This document shows positions 1-7,786 of a stretch of DNA of 26,119 bases, piece by piece (the first letter of the stretch is position 1; each line of letters starts with the position of its first letter). This DNA comes from an uncultured Clostridia bacterium. Lineage in GTDB: Bacteria > Bacillota > Clostridia > Christensenellales > CAG-917. A program made the translations under genes and the position numbers. The DNA lies in contig CALGEU010000366.1 of assembly GCA_937881285.1 (NCBI GenBank), forward strand, positions 1 through 26,119, written 5' to 3'. Under the pieces are notes generated by a model, which did not search any database, had not been told where the DNA came from, and saw only the letters and a list, made by a program, of their open reading frames with translations.

Positions 1-1
1 G

Positions 2-85
2 GACAAGGCTCGCGACGACATCTTGAATCACGAAGTCGTTGCCGATTTGTACAAGAAACGCAAAGCGTTTGAGAATAAAGCCTAA
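2..85 (+). CDS. 3' end of a hypothetical protein, truncated by the window
   Basis: Open frame DKARDDILNHEVVADLYKKRKAFENKA* ending in TAA at 83-85, just before the RBS (GGGAG) of the next gene. Confidence 0.6.
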   Translation, partial: DKARDDILNHEVVADLYKKRKAFENKA

Positions 86-103
86 CGGCGTGGGAGAGAA
101 GAT

Positions 104-472
104 ATGGCAAGAATCAACCTTGAAGCAAAGAATGATTATGAAAATGCCGTGTTGAAATACCTTGAAGAGAACGCATCTGATGTTCTCGTTGAAAAAATCA
201 ATTCCGGCAAAAAAACACTTCGATCATGTTTTGATTACATCCGGGGCGAAGCAAAAAAGCAGGCGCAAGGCGGATGCGCGATGATTTCGGATGCAGTTGT
301 ATTCGGGTGGGCAATTCACTACTTTGAAGAAGACGAAATCAAAGTAAAAGATACTGGCGAGACAAAGCCTATTCCCGAACCGAAAGAATTAATCAAGAAG
401 ACCGAAAAGAAACAAGCCAAGACCGTTGAAAAGAACGAAGAGCAGTTGTCACTGTTCGCATTGTTGGGGTGA
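104..472 (+). CDS. PcfK-like protein (AcrIIA9-related family)
   Basis: Motif KKTLxxCFDYIxxEAKKQA..GCAMISDxVVFGWAIHYFEED is typical of the PcfK family; directly upstream of a PcfJ-like gene; C-terminal QLSLF. Confidence 0.8.
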   Translation: MARINLEAKNDYENAVLKYLEENASDVLVEKINSGKKTLRSCFDYIRGEAKKQAQGGCAMISDAVVFGWAIHYFEEDEIKVKDTGETKPIPEPKELIKKTEKKQAKTVEKNEEQLSLFALLG

Positions 473-475
473 GAT

Positions 476-1759
476 ATGAAAGCATCACTGATTAAGGCAA
501 TACCGAGAGAAGTTAAAGCGGAAATTAAAAGGCTTGATGCAATCCGACTTAACTTATCCTTGCGGAACAATACGAGATACTACTCATACTTCGACACGGT
601 CGGCTGCGACCTTGCCAAAGTAACGGTCGCCGTAAAAAACCATCCAAAAACGAAGAAACCAATGATTAAGCAAGTCGCTGTACACGGTATCAGTGGTTGG
701 GCGTTTGCAAGAGATATGGACTACACTTATATCGCTGGCTATCAGACGTATTGGGGCAATAGTGAGATTAAAGGCATTAAAGAAAAGCCTTCGCCGTGGG
801 TTGGGGTTGAAGAAAAGTATTTCGATCCGATGTCCGACCAAGTTTGTCTTGAAAGACTCGAAAATACACCGTACAAATATTCCGGATACAAACAATGTTG
901 CGAACAAGGCATAGATGTGTTTGATTATTTGAAGACGTGGATAGAACACCCAAAGGCTGAATTGCTTATGAAAGCCGGAATAGGGTGGCTCTGCAAAAGC
1001 AAGCGAATAATCAATCGATGCGAGATGGACAAGTTGTTTATTACTTTTATACGGCGCAACGTCGAGTTTTTGAGAATGAATAGACCGAGCATCTCGACAA
1101 TTATACGAGCGTTCCGCTCGAATATACCGATAAACAATGCGATGTTTATTGAAGAGTTCTACACAAGCAATTCGGAATATATACAGGACATTAAAGTGGT
1201 CGTACGTGAGAATGAGATCAACCATCTCGTTGCGTATTTAGAGAAGAACAACATCAACAAAGAAAGTTATGCGGACTATGTGCATGCTTGTGTGTTTCTC
1301 GGAATCGACATGAACGACACAAAGAACAAATACCCGTTGGACTTCGATTATTGGCACAATATGCGACTTGACCAATACTACGCACAAACCGATTGCAAAA
1401 TGCCGGGGAGAATGGCGGATGTTTCTTGTAAGTACAAGGGAATGCAATATTCCGGGATGTATTGCGTGATCATTGCAAAGTCAAAGTTCGACCTTGAAAG
1501 AGAAGGTAAAGTTTTACAACACTGCGTCGGGCGGATGAATTACGACGTAAGAATGGCGGAAGAAAAGAGTTTGATCTTTTTTGTAAGAAATACGGAAAAC
1601 CTTAATATGCCATACGTCACTCTTGAATATTCGTTGTCGCAAAAGAAAGTTGTGCAATGTTATGGCGCGCATGATTCTCGACCTTCGCAAGAAGTAATCG
1701 ACTTCGTATACAACAAGTGGCAACCTTATGCCACAGAGCAACTTGAACAAGTTGCATAG
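476..1759 (+). CDS. PcfJ-domain protein
   Basis: C-terminal YADY...KYP..F...H, LEREGKVLQHCVG...Y, IFFVR...PYVTLEY and VVQCYG..D motifs; PcfK-PcfJ gene pair. Confidence 0.85.
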   Translation: MKASLIKAIPREVKAEIKRLDAIRLNLSLRNNTRYYSYFDTVGCDLAKVTVAVKNHPKTKKPMIKQVAVHGISGWAFARDMDYTYIAGYQTYWGNSEIKGIKEKPSPWVGVEEKYFDPMSDQVCLERLENTPYKYSGYKQCCEQGIDVFDYLKTWIEHPKAELLMKAGIGWLCKSKRIINRCEMDKLFITFIRRNVEFLRMNRPSISTIIRAFRSNIPINNAMFIEEFYTSNSEYIQDIKVVVRENEINHLVAYLEKNNINKESYADYVHACVFLGIDMNDTKNKYPLDFDYWHNMRLDQYYAQTDCKMPGRMADVSCKYKGMQYSGMYCVIIAKSKFDLEREGKVLQHCVGRMNYDVRMAEEKSLIFFVRNTENLNMPYVTLEYSLSQKKVVQCYGAHDSRPSQEVIDFVYNKWQPYATEQLEQVA

Positions 1760-1771
1760 GAGAAAAACAAT

Positions 1772-1999
1772 ATGACGTGGGATGACTACAAAAAAGAATT
1801 ATACGAAGCGTGTGCCATGCATATCAACGCGGCAAGCATTGCTGCTGATAGATATGCATCGGCAAAGACCGAGCAAGAACGTGCCCAAGCAAAAATTGAA
1901 AACAAAGAACACCTTGCAGCGCACTTTGCTCTTCAGTGGGCATTGTACAAGGCAAGCGAAATTGAAAAAGGAGAGAAAAATGTTTCAAATAATCATTAA
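1772..1999 (+). CDS. Hypothetical phage protein (75 aa)
   Basis: AGGAG RBS overlapping the upstream stop; tight gene packing. Confidence 0.75.
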   Translation: MTWDDYKKELYEACAMHINAASIAADRYASAKTEQERAQAKIENKEHLAAHFALQWALYKASEIEKGEKNVSNNH

Positions 2000-2309
2000 A
2001 GACCTAGACACAGGCGAAATCAAAACTGACAAGAAAATAAAATGCTTTATAGCAGGGGGATGTGACGAAAATGGTAACGGCGTTATAGTGAATGCAATCG
2101 CAGGCACGCCCGCAGAATGTGTTAGTGCATTGTGTGCCGCCGAAGCCGCAAAAAAGAGAGTAATCGAAAAACCGGGCGTAGCAGTAGCATTTCTATTCGC
2201 AGGACTAAAAGGCGATTTGGACGATTTGCTGAAAGATATGAACGACGACGAAGAAGGCACTGAGATCGAATACGAAAATTGCACGATAAAGGCAGGGAAA
2301 GACGAATGA
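1980..2309 (+). CDS. Hypothetical phage protein (109 aa, MFQIIIKDLDTG...)
   Basis: AAGGAG upstream of ATG 1980, preferred over the track start at 1782; the stop overlaps the next start (ATGA). Confidence 0.75.
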   Translation: MFQIIIKDLDTGEIKTDKKIKCFIAGGCDENGNGVIVNAIAGTPAECVSALCAAEAAKKRVIEKPGVAVAFLFAGLKGDLDDLLKDMNDDEEGTEIEYENCTIKAGKDE

Positions 2310-2881
2310 AAAGAATAGAAATAGACGAACTTACATTTTCAAAACTTATGAACGGCGTAAAAAGAAGCGTATCCACTGGCGGATACAAGGAATCGCTCGA
2401 ATACATACAACTCAAAGTCAGCGCAGATAAAGTAGTCGCTTTTTCTACAGATGGATACAGGGCGGCGAGAGTCGAAATCAAACATACATATCCGATTGAA
2501 GAAGAGTTTGTGTGTTACATCAAGCCTATCCCGATAAAAGTAAGCAAGACATTAACAGGCGTAGTTGTAATAGAAAAAACAGAGAAAGAAACCTTTGTCG
2601 AAGTTCCGACCGCCTTTGGTTCTTGTAGATACCGTTTTGCGCCACCAAAAGACAACTACATAGATGCAGAAAACGTGTATAGGACGGCAAAAGTACACGA
2701 CAGAGAAGTTAGTTTCCGCGTGTCTGCTGCAATAAACGCATTCCGAGCGTTGAACGGAACGAATGATTATAACTATGCAACCATTGAAACGTCTGACGAC
2801 AAGATTAAGGCATTCGTCATTCGAGCAGAACAAGACGGAATCATAAACGAGCAAATTATATTGCCGGTGCGCAAAGTTTGA
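2306..2881 (+). CDS. Shortened DNA polymerase III beta-clamp (DnaN)-like protein, 191 aa
   Basis: SVST..YKESLEYIQL.....VVAFSTDGYRAA resembles the DnaN middle-domain ATDG(H/Y)RL motif; the C-terminal AFVIR...QIILPVR resembles the DnaN C-terminus. ATGA-coupled start at 2306. Confidence 0.7.
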   Translation: MKRIEIDELTFSKLMNGVKRSVSTGGYKESLEYIQLKVSADKVVAFSTDGYRAARVEIKHTYPIEEEFVCYIKPIPIKVSKTLTGVVVIEKTEKETFVEVPTAFGSCRYRFAPPKDNYIDAENVYRTAKVHDREVSFRVSAAINAFRALNGTNDYNYATIETSDDKIKAFVIRAEQDGIINEQIILPVRKV

Positions 2882-2893
2882 GATGGGGCGGAA

Positions 2894-3577
2894 ATGAACG
2901 CAGTTTTAATATCAATACAACCGAAATGGGTTGAGAAAATAGCAAACGGAGAAAAGACAATCGAAGTGCGCAAGACCGCACCGAAACAAGTGCCATTCAA
3001 AGCCTACATCTACTGCACAAACACGCCACAACTTCATCATTTATACGATTTAAGGCACGTCAACGGCGACACTGGCAAAATAAGACTCGGATGTGTGCAG
3101 CACAATAAATACAGCCTTGTTGCAGGTGGATGGCTAAACGGCAAAGTTATAGGCGAATTTATCGTTGATAACGTTGTCGAGTTTGAAAGCGAATTTCACG
3201 ATGACAACTCAACAGAAGAACTGCGCCGAGTTTGGTATGACGAAGACGACGGCGAACGAGATGCGGAACTGTTTGCAGAAGACAGCGAGCCGAACTACCT
3301 TTGCACAGCGGCTTGCTTGACTTGGTACGAACTCAAAAATTACGTCGGAACCGGCGATCGCATATTCTACGCTTGGCACATATCCGACTTGAAAATTTAC
3401 GATAAGCCAAAAGAACTACACGAGTTCAAGAGAGAATGTCCGAAGACCAGCATAAAACGCTCCGACTGCATAACTTGCCCGTTCGAATACTACGAACCGC
3501 GCAAAAGCGTTTCGAGCTGCGACGCATATCTTAAAAGACCACCGCAATCGTGGCAATATGTACAGGAGTTGGAATAA
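2894..3577 (+). CDS. ASCH (PUA-like) domain protein
   Basis: N-terminal VLISIQPKWVEKIANGEKTIEVRK (GxKxxExR), GKVIGEF and C-terminal RPPQSWQYV match phage ASCH proteins. Confidence 0.85.
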   Translation: MNAVLISIQPKWVEKIANGEKTIEVRKTAPKQVPFKAYIYCTNTPQLHHLYDLRHVNGDTGKIRLGCVQHNKYSLVAGGWLNGKVIGEFIVDNVVEFESEFHDDNSTEELRRVWYDEDDGERDAELFAEDSEPNYLCTAACLTWYELKNYVGTGDRIFYAWHISDLKIYDKPKELHEFKRECPKTSIKRSDCITCPFEYYEPRKSVSSCDAYLKRPPQSWQYVQELE

Positions 3578-4158
3578 TGAAAAAGAAACAAGACCAAATA
3601 CGACAAATGATTGAAATTATTGTGAAATCTCAATTCGATTGTAGCAAACAACGCTGCTTTGTATGCCGCCATCATTCAGACAACTATGATTGTCGATTGC
3701 GAGAAAGAGCCAGTAAACAAGCCTATGCTCTTATCAAAGCGGGCTATGGAGATGTGTCAGAATATAAGGAAAAAATTCAATCGCTTAAAAATAACGAAAT
3801 TGTAACAATTAAAACATGTAATCAAATAGTGCGTGATACTTATAGAAAAACACAAGCAGAACTCAAGCAAGCGTCGGATAAAATAAATTTGTTGCAGGAT
3901 AGCATCAAAGAAAAAGATGCTGAAATTAAAAGGCTGAAAGAAGTCGTTAAAAACTATAAAGAAGTACTTTGTGAAACAACACAACGAAAAGATGATGCAA
4001 CTAAACTTAACGACACGCTTGTTGAAGAATATGAGAACAAAATCAAGCAATCGCAAATCGATGTACTGAACAAGGTGAAAGAACAGGTGTTTCATGGTGT
4101 CAGTCTATTCTTTCTTCAACTTTACATCGATGAACTAATCAAGGAGATAGAAAAATGA
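3577..4158 (+). CDS. Hypothetical coiled-coil protein with N-terminal Cys cluster
   Basis: TAATG coupling at 3575-3579 with AGGAG upstream; CSKQRCFVC...C followed by heptad-rich sequence. Confidence 0.7.
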   Translation: MKKKQDQIRQMIEIIVKSQFDCSKQRCFVCRHHSDNYDCRLRERASKQAYALIKAGYGDVSEYKEKIQSLKNNEIVTIKTCNQIVRDTYRKTQAELKQASDKINLLQDSIKEKDAEIKRLKEVVKNYKEVLCETTQRKDDATKLNDTLVEEYENKIKQSQIDVLNKVKEQVFHGVSLFFLQLYIDELIKEIEK

Positions 4159-4580
4159 TTATACTGATAGTTTTAGGAGTTTTGTTGGCAATAGCAATTA
4201 TTACTTTTGCGGTTTTTTTCGTCAAAGATAACAATAATTGCATTTGGGAAATCGCCGCATTTGCTATGGTGGTACTCATCGTCGCACTTATAGTTGCAGG
4301 TGGATTTGCAATAAGTGCAAAGGTAGGAGCGAAGTATGACAAGGCGTATATCGAAATGAACTCTCAATATGAAGTTTTGGTGCATCGTCTCGAAAATCAA
4401 ACAGACCATATTCTCGAAGACACCGAACTTTACAACGACATAGTGGAGTACAACACAACGGTAAGGCAAGAGAAAAAATTACTCGATAGTAAATGGATTG
4501 GAATATTCTACGACAAGAGCATTATGAAATGCAAAGAAATCGATTTGAGTGCTTTTAGCAAGGGGGTGCAACATGCATAG
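4155..4580 (+). CDS. Membrane protein (2 N-terminal TM segments)
   Basis: AAGGAG RBS; two hydrophobic stretches followed by a soluble domain. Confidence 0.8.
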   Translation: MIILIVLGVLLAIAIITFAVFFVKDNNNCIWEIAAFAMVVLIVALIVAGGFAISAKVGAKYDKAYIEMNSQYEVLVHRLENQTDHILEDTELYNDIVEYNTTVRQEKKLLDSKWIGIFYDKSIMKCKEIDLSAFSKGVQHA

Positions 4581-4752
4581 GAATATCGCAGTTAATTTAG
4601 TTTTGATAGTTATACAAGGAATTGCGCTTGCTGTTCTCGGCGCATTTGCTATTTACTATACTGTAGAAGATGAAGCACCAGCCATAGTATCATTTATAGC
4701 GTTGTATCTCGCGGTCACAAGTTGGGGCATTCGTAAAATCATTACTTTGTGA
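4573..4752 (+). CDS. Small 2-TM membrane protein (59 aa)
   Basis: AAGGGGGTG RBS before ATG 4573; two hydrophobic helices. Confidence 0.65.
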   Translation: MHRNIAVNLVLIVIQGIALAVLGAFAIYYTVEDEAPAIVSFIALYLAVTSWGIRKIITL

Positions 4753-4758
4753 GACATA

Positions 4759-4860
4759 ATGGATAATTTGTTTAGAATCATAGCAATAATTCTTTCGGTC
4801 ATCGGTCTTGGGCTTTCTATAGTGGCAATTCTTATGAACCACGGGATTATCCCTAACTAA
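4759..4860 (+). CDS. Possible 33-aa single-TM peptide MDNLFRIIAIILSVIGLGLSIVAILMNHGIIPN
   Basis: Translated by hand (below the ORF-track cutoff); starts 6 nt after the upstream stop; weak RBS. Confidence 0.5.
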   Translation: MDNLFRIIAIILSVIGLGLSIVAILMNHGIIPN

Positions 4861-4880
4861 AAAACTTTTCAAAAACTAAA

Positions 4881-4916
4881 AGTGTAGCGGAAAGTAGCGG
4901 TAAGATATGGTATGTT
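4881..4916 (+). promoter_or_regulatory. Putative activator-dependent late promoter
   Basis: GTAGCGG direct repeat (4884-4890, 4894-4900; 10-bp period) replaces a -35, followed by an extended -10-like TGgTATGTT (4908-4916), at the early/late boundary. Confidence 0.45.
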
Positions 4917-4986
4917 CTGTATGGTTGGAAGTGTGGATGACCGTTTTGGCACACGCTTTCCAACCATTCTCTCCCTAAAAAAGCCT

Positions 4987-5017
4987 GCGAAACCCTGCTA
5001 TTTGGCGGGGTTTTCGC
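4987..5017 (+). terminator. Hairpin, possible terminator or attenuator
   Basis: GCGAAACCCTGCT-attt-GGCGGGGTTTTCGC inverted repeat. Confidence 0.5.
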
Positions 5018-5032
5018 TTATAGGAGCATACA

Positions 5033-5476
5033 ATGAAATGGAACGAAAGCGAACATCCAAGAGACGATGACGGAAAGTTTAAGGACGGAACCGGTGGTGG
5101 CGGCAAAACGCAGTGGATAACATCGAAGAGAGACTATTCCAACGTGCAGGCTGACGAAAAGGACTTGCAATATGATTCGGAGAATGGTAAAATAAAACAA
5201 AACAAAGGTTTTATTAACATTCAACTGTTTGCACCACGACTTGAAGAGCAATCAACGCAAGAGTTGGAGAAAACTATTAAGTCTCATGAAAAGATTATGG
5301 AGATTCATAAAGATAAGATCAAAAACCCTGAAAAGCATTGTAGTGATTGGGAAAGTATTGATCAAAGGAAAAGAGATGGACGCATTGAGTATTGGGAAAA
5401 AGAAATTAAAAACCATACAAAATTAATCAAAAAAGCGCAGGAGTTAATAAAGGAGAGAAAAGATGGAAAAAAGTGA
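5033..5476 (+). CDS. Putative polymorphic-toxin-like cargo protein (HPRDxxGKF leader, KTQWIT motif, INIQLFA, helical C-terminal domain)
   Basis: AGGAG RBS; N-terminal WNESEHPRDDDGKF phage motif; the C-terminus (IxxHxxKIxNP...W...R..G.I.YWEKEI) resembles C-terminal extensions I recall from phage MuF-type proteins. Confidence 0.6.
   Translation: MKWNESEHPRDDDGKFKDGTGGGGKTQWITSKRDYSNVQADEKDLQYDSENGKIKQNKGFINIQLFAPRLEEQSTQELEKTIKSHEKIMEIHKDKIKNPEKHCSDWESIDQRKRDGRIEYWEKEIKNHTKLIKKAQELIKERKDGKK
5165..5193 (+). promoter_or_regulatory. SigmaA-type promoter embedded in CDS 5033-5476
   Basis: TTGCAA (5165-5170), 17 bp spacer, TAAAAT (5188-5193), with extended -10 TG at 5185-5186. Confidence 0.6.
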
Positions 5477-5705
5477 TGAAGTTTTGGAAGTTATAAGCTG
5501 CTCGTTGAAAAGGTTGGAAGAACAACACGTCAATGAGTATATTGCGAAGCGAATGGAAGATCCGTATTATCGCGATGTGTTACAAGGTATGTATATGGCA
5601 ATCGATGTTATCAACAATGACCTTATGGGAGAATTTGGAACGGATGAAGTGTCAAAGGCATTAGGATTTTTCCAATTGGCAAATAAGCTTGAACGGAACA
5701 TGTGA
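5463..5705 (+). CDS. Small acidic protein, candidate immunity protein
   Basis: AAGGAG RBS; overlaps the end of the putative toxin gene; 80 aa, acidic and helical. Confidence 0.6.
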   Translation: MEKSDEVLEVISCSLKRLEEQHVNEYIAKRMEDPYYRDVLQGMYMAIDVINNDLMGEFGTDEVSKALGFFQLANKLERNM

Positions 5706-5728
5706 TTTTTGAAGAAAACAACAGGAGT

Positions 5729-5803
5729 GCGAGTGTAATTCAATGGTTAGAATTTCGGTCTTCCAAACCGAATACGAGAGTTCGATTCTCTCTACTCGCT
5801 CCA
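5729..5803 (+). tRNA. tRNA-Gly (TCC)
   Basis: Acceptor GCGAGTG/TACTCGC, D-stem ATTC/GAAT, anticodon arm TCGGT-CTTCCAA-ACCGA, T-arm GAGAG-TTCGATT-CTCTC, U73 and encoded CCA. Confidence 0.95.
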
Positions 5804-5804
5804 C

Positions 5805-5890
5805 GGATGATTGACGTAACGGTAGCGTAGCGGTTTGCTAAACCGTCCGAGAGCAATCTCGTGCAAGTTCGACTCTTGCATCATCCGCCA
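5805..5890 (+). tRNA. tRNA-Ser (GCT)
   Basis: Acceptor GGATGAT/ATCATCC, anticodon arm GCGGT-TTGCTAA-ACCGT, long variable arm CGAGA-GCAA-TCTCG, T-arm GCAAG-TTCGACT-CTTGC, G73 and CCA. Confidence 0.93.
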
Positions 5891-5911
5891 ATTTTTTATA
5901 GAAAAAGAAAT

Positions 5912-5939
5912 AAGCACATCGTAACGGTGTGCTTTTTTT
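5912..5939 (+). terminator. Intrinsic terminator after the tRNAs
   Basis: AAGCACATCG-taa-CGGTGTGCTT followed by a T run. Confidence 0.75.
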
Positions 5940-5971
5940 ATACACAAAAACACAAAAGGGGGTGGTCGCAA

Positions 5972-6430
5972 ATGACCAAAGCCGAAAGGGAAGCCTTGAA
6001 AGCCGAGTTCATCGCAGGCGACTACCGGACAATAAAAGAGTTTGCCGAAAAGAAAGGCATAGCATACACGGGCAATTTTCGTAATGATGTCGCCAAAGAA
6101 CATTGGTGGGAAGACAAGAAAGCACACAACAAGCGCATCCAAGACACAATCGTGGCAAAAGTAGAAGCAAAACGTGTTGAAGATGCATTGCGTGATGCAA
6201 CAGCACGGCAGAATGAGACATTGAAAGCAACTGCATTGGTTCGAGACAAGGCATTGAAACTTCTAGGAGCGGCAAGGTCTGCAAAGGAAGTAAATGCAAT
6301 AGCATCTGCGTTGTATCGAATTAACGAGATTGAGCGTGGACTTCTGAATTACGATAAAGGTTCGGGAGAAGATGCCAAGAGCAGGCTTGCAGAAGTAATT
6401 GATGCAATCAAAGGGGCGAGTAAACAATGA
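5972..6430 (+). CDS. Terminase small subunit
   Basis: N-terminal HTH-like LKAEFIAGDYRTIKEFAEKKGI; helical; ATGA-coupled to terL; RBS GGGGGTGG. Confidence 0.75.
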   Translation: MTKAEREALKAEFIAGDYRTIKEFAEKKGIAYTGNFRNDVAKEHWWEDKKAHNKRIQDTIVAKVEAKRVEDALRDATARQNETLKATALVRDKALKLLGAARSAKEVNAIASALYRINEIERGLLNYDKGSGEDAKSRLAEVIDAIKGASKQ

Positions 6431-7776
6431 ACCCTGTAGCATTTACATCGAAGCAGAAACAAATGCTCAATCTCCCGCACAAGACATGGAATATATACAC
6501 GGGTGCTGTTCGTTCGGGCAAGTCATACGGCACGATGTTTCTCATTCCACAGCGCATAGGAGTGCATTATAAGCAACCTTGCTTGATTGTCGGGAAAACT
6601 CTTGCAACGGTCGAGAGAAACGTTCTACGACCGTTAAGGACGATATTCGGCGGATATGACGTTGGAGATATAAAGGGAAGAGCAGACGGCGGACGTTACG
6701 TTGTTCTTTGGGGCAAAGAAGTCGATTGTGTTGGCGCAAACGATGAGCGCGCCATATCGAAGATTCACGGCGCAGAATACGGTTACGTTTATTGCGACGA
6801 GATGACGCTATATCCCGAGAACTTCTTCAGAATGTTGCAATCTCGTCTATCATTGCCCGACAGTGAGTGCGACGGAACATGTAACCCGGACAGCCCATCT
6901 CACTATTTGAAGCAGTTTCTCGACAGCGACGCGTTCACGAAGAACGGCAACTGCATACACTTCACGATCTATGACAACGAATTTTTGCCGAAAGAATACG
7001 TGGAGAGACTTGAAGACGAGTATCGCGGGACGATCTATTTCGACCGATGGATACTTGGTAAATGGGTGAGAACGGAAGGCTTGGTCTTTCCGCTTTTTCG
7101 TCGTGAGCGCAACTTTCTCACGCTTGACGAGTACGCCGAGCGCAACCGTGGCTCTACGAGAGAGATTCGCTATGTTATATGGGGCGGCGACGGCGCGACG
7201 ACTAACGACGCGACGGCTATCGTTCCGTTGGCGATTCTTGCAGACGGGCGCGCTGCAGTGCTTGAGAGTTTTTATCACGATCCTAAAGTGAACGGTCAGA
7301 TGTCGAACGAGCAACTCGTTCCGTATATCCGAGATTATCTCGAATTTATGAACAGAAAATATCGGCTGTATGAAATGGGCGTTCAACACTGCATGCCGAT
7401 AGACTGCGCGGCGGCTGACCTTGTGCAGACGATGCGGTATCACTTCCCGAGATACAATCCTATATCGTTCACAAAGAAAGACATAAAGAGAACTACGGAC
7501 GTTGTGAACAACGCTTTCTCGCGTGGAAGCATCACTATCATCAATACCAACGGTTGGTACAACTGGGTTCAAAAGAAAGAGATGTCAGGAATTCAACCGC
7601 TTGTTGTAGAACTCGAAACGATGATATGGAACGACGACAACAGCGATGTCGTACGCAAGACATACGACGGAAAGATACCAAACGATGCGGCAGACGCATT
7701 CCGTTACGCAGTCAACACGTATTACAACAACCCGTTGAATCTATGGGAAACGCCTGAGTGCGATTTGCCATATTGA
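6427..7776 (+). CDS. terL: Terminase large subunit (PBSX-like family)
   Basis: Walker A GAVRSGKS, Walker B YVYCDE, TCNPDSPSHYLK, RWILGKWV..EG, and nuclease-domain aspartates (GGDG..NDAT; NDAADAFRY). Confidence 0.95.
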   Translation: MNPVAFTSKQKQMLNLPHKTWNIYTGAVRSGKSYGTMFLIPQRIGVHYKQPCLIVGKTLATVERNVLRPLRTIFGGYDVGDIKGRADGGRYVVLWGKEVDCVGANDERAISKIHGAEYGYVYCDEMTLYPENFFRMLQSRLSLPDSECDGTCNPDSPSHYLKQFLDSDAFTKNGNCIHFTIYDNEFLPKEYVERLEDEYRGTIYFDRWILGKWVRTEGLVFPLFRRERNFLTLDEYAERNRGSTREIRYVIWGGDGATTNDATAIVPLAILADGRAAVLESFYHDPKVNGQMSNEQLVPYIRDYLEFMNRKYRLYEMGVQHCMPIDCAAADLVQTMRYHFPRYNPISFTKKDIKRTTDVVNNAFSRGSITIINTNGWYNWVQKKEMSGIQPLVVELETMIWNDDNSDVVRKTYDGKIPNDAADAFRYAVNTYYNNPLNLWETPECDLPY

Positions 7777-7786
7777 AAGGTGAAAA

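Noticed and set aside
5112..5120. AGTGGATAA, a near DnaA-box, also at 14521-14529
   Set aside because: Explained by Gln-Trp-Ile-Thr codons of the shared leader; isolated and mismatched.
5792..5971. ORF 5792-6142 (-) and the 5861 upstream extension of terS
   Set aside because: They overlap tRNA-Ser and its terminator; the RBS supports a start at 5972.
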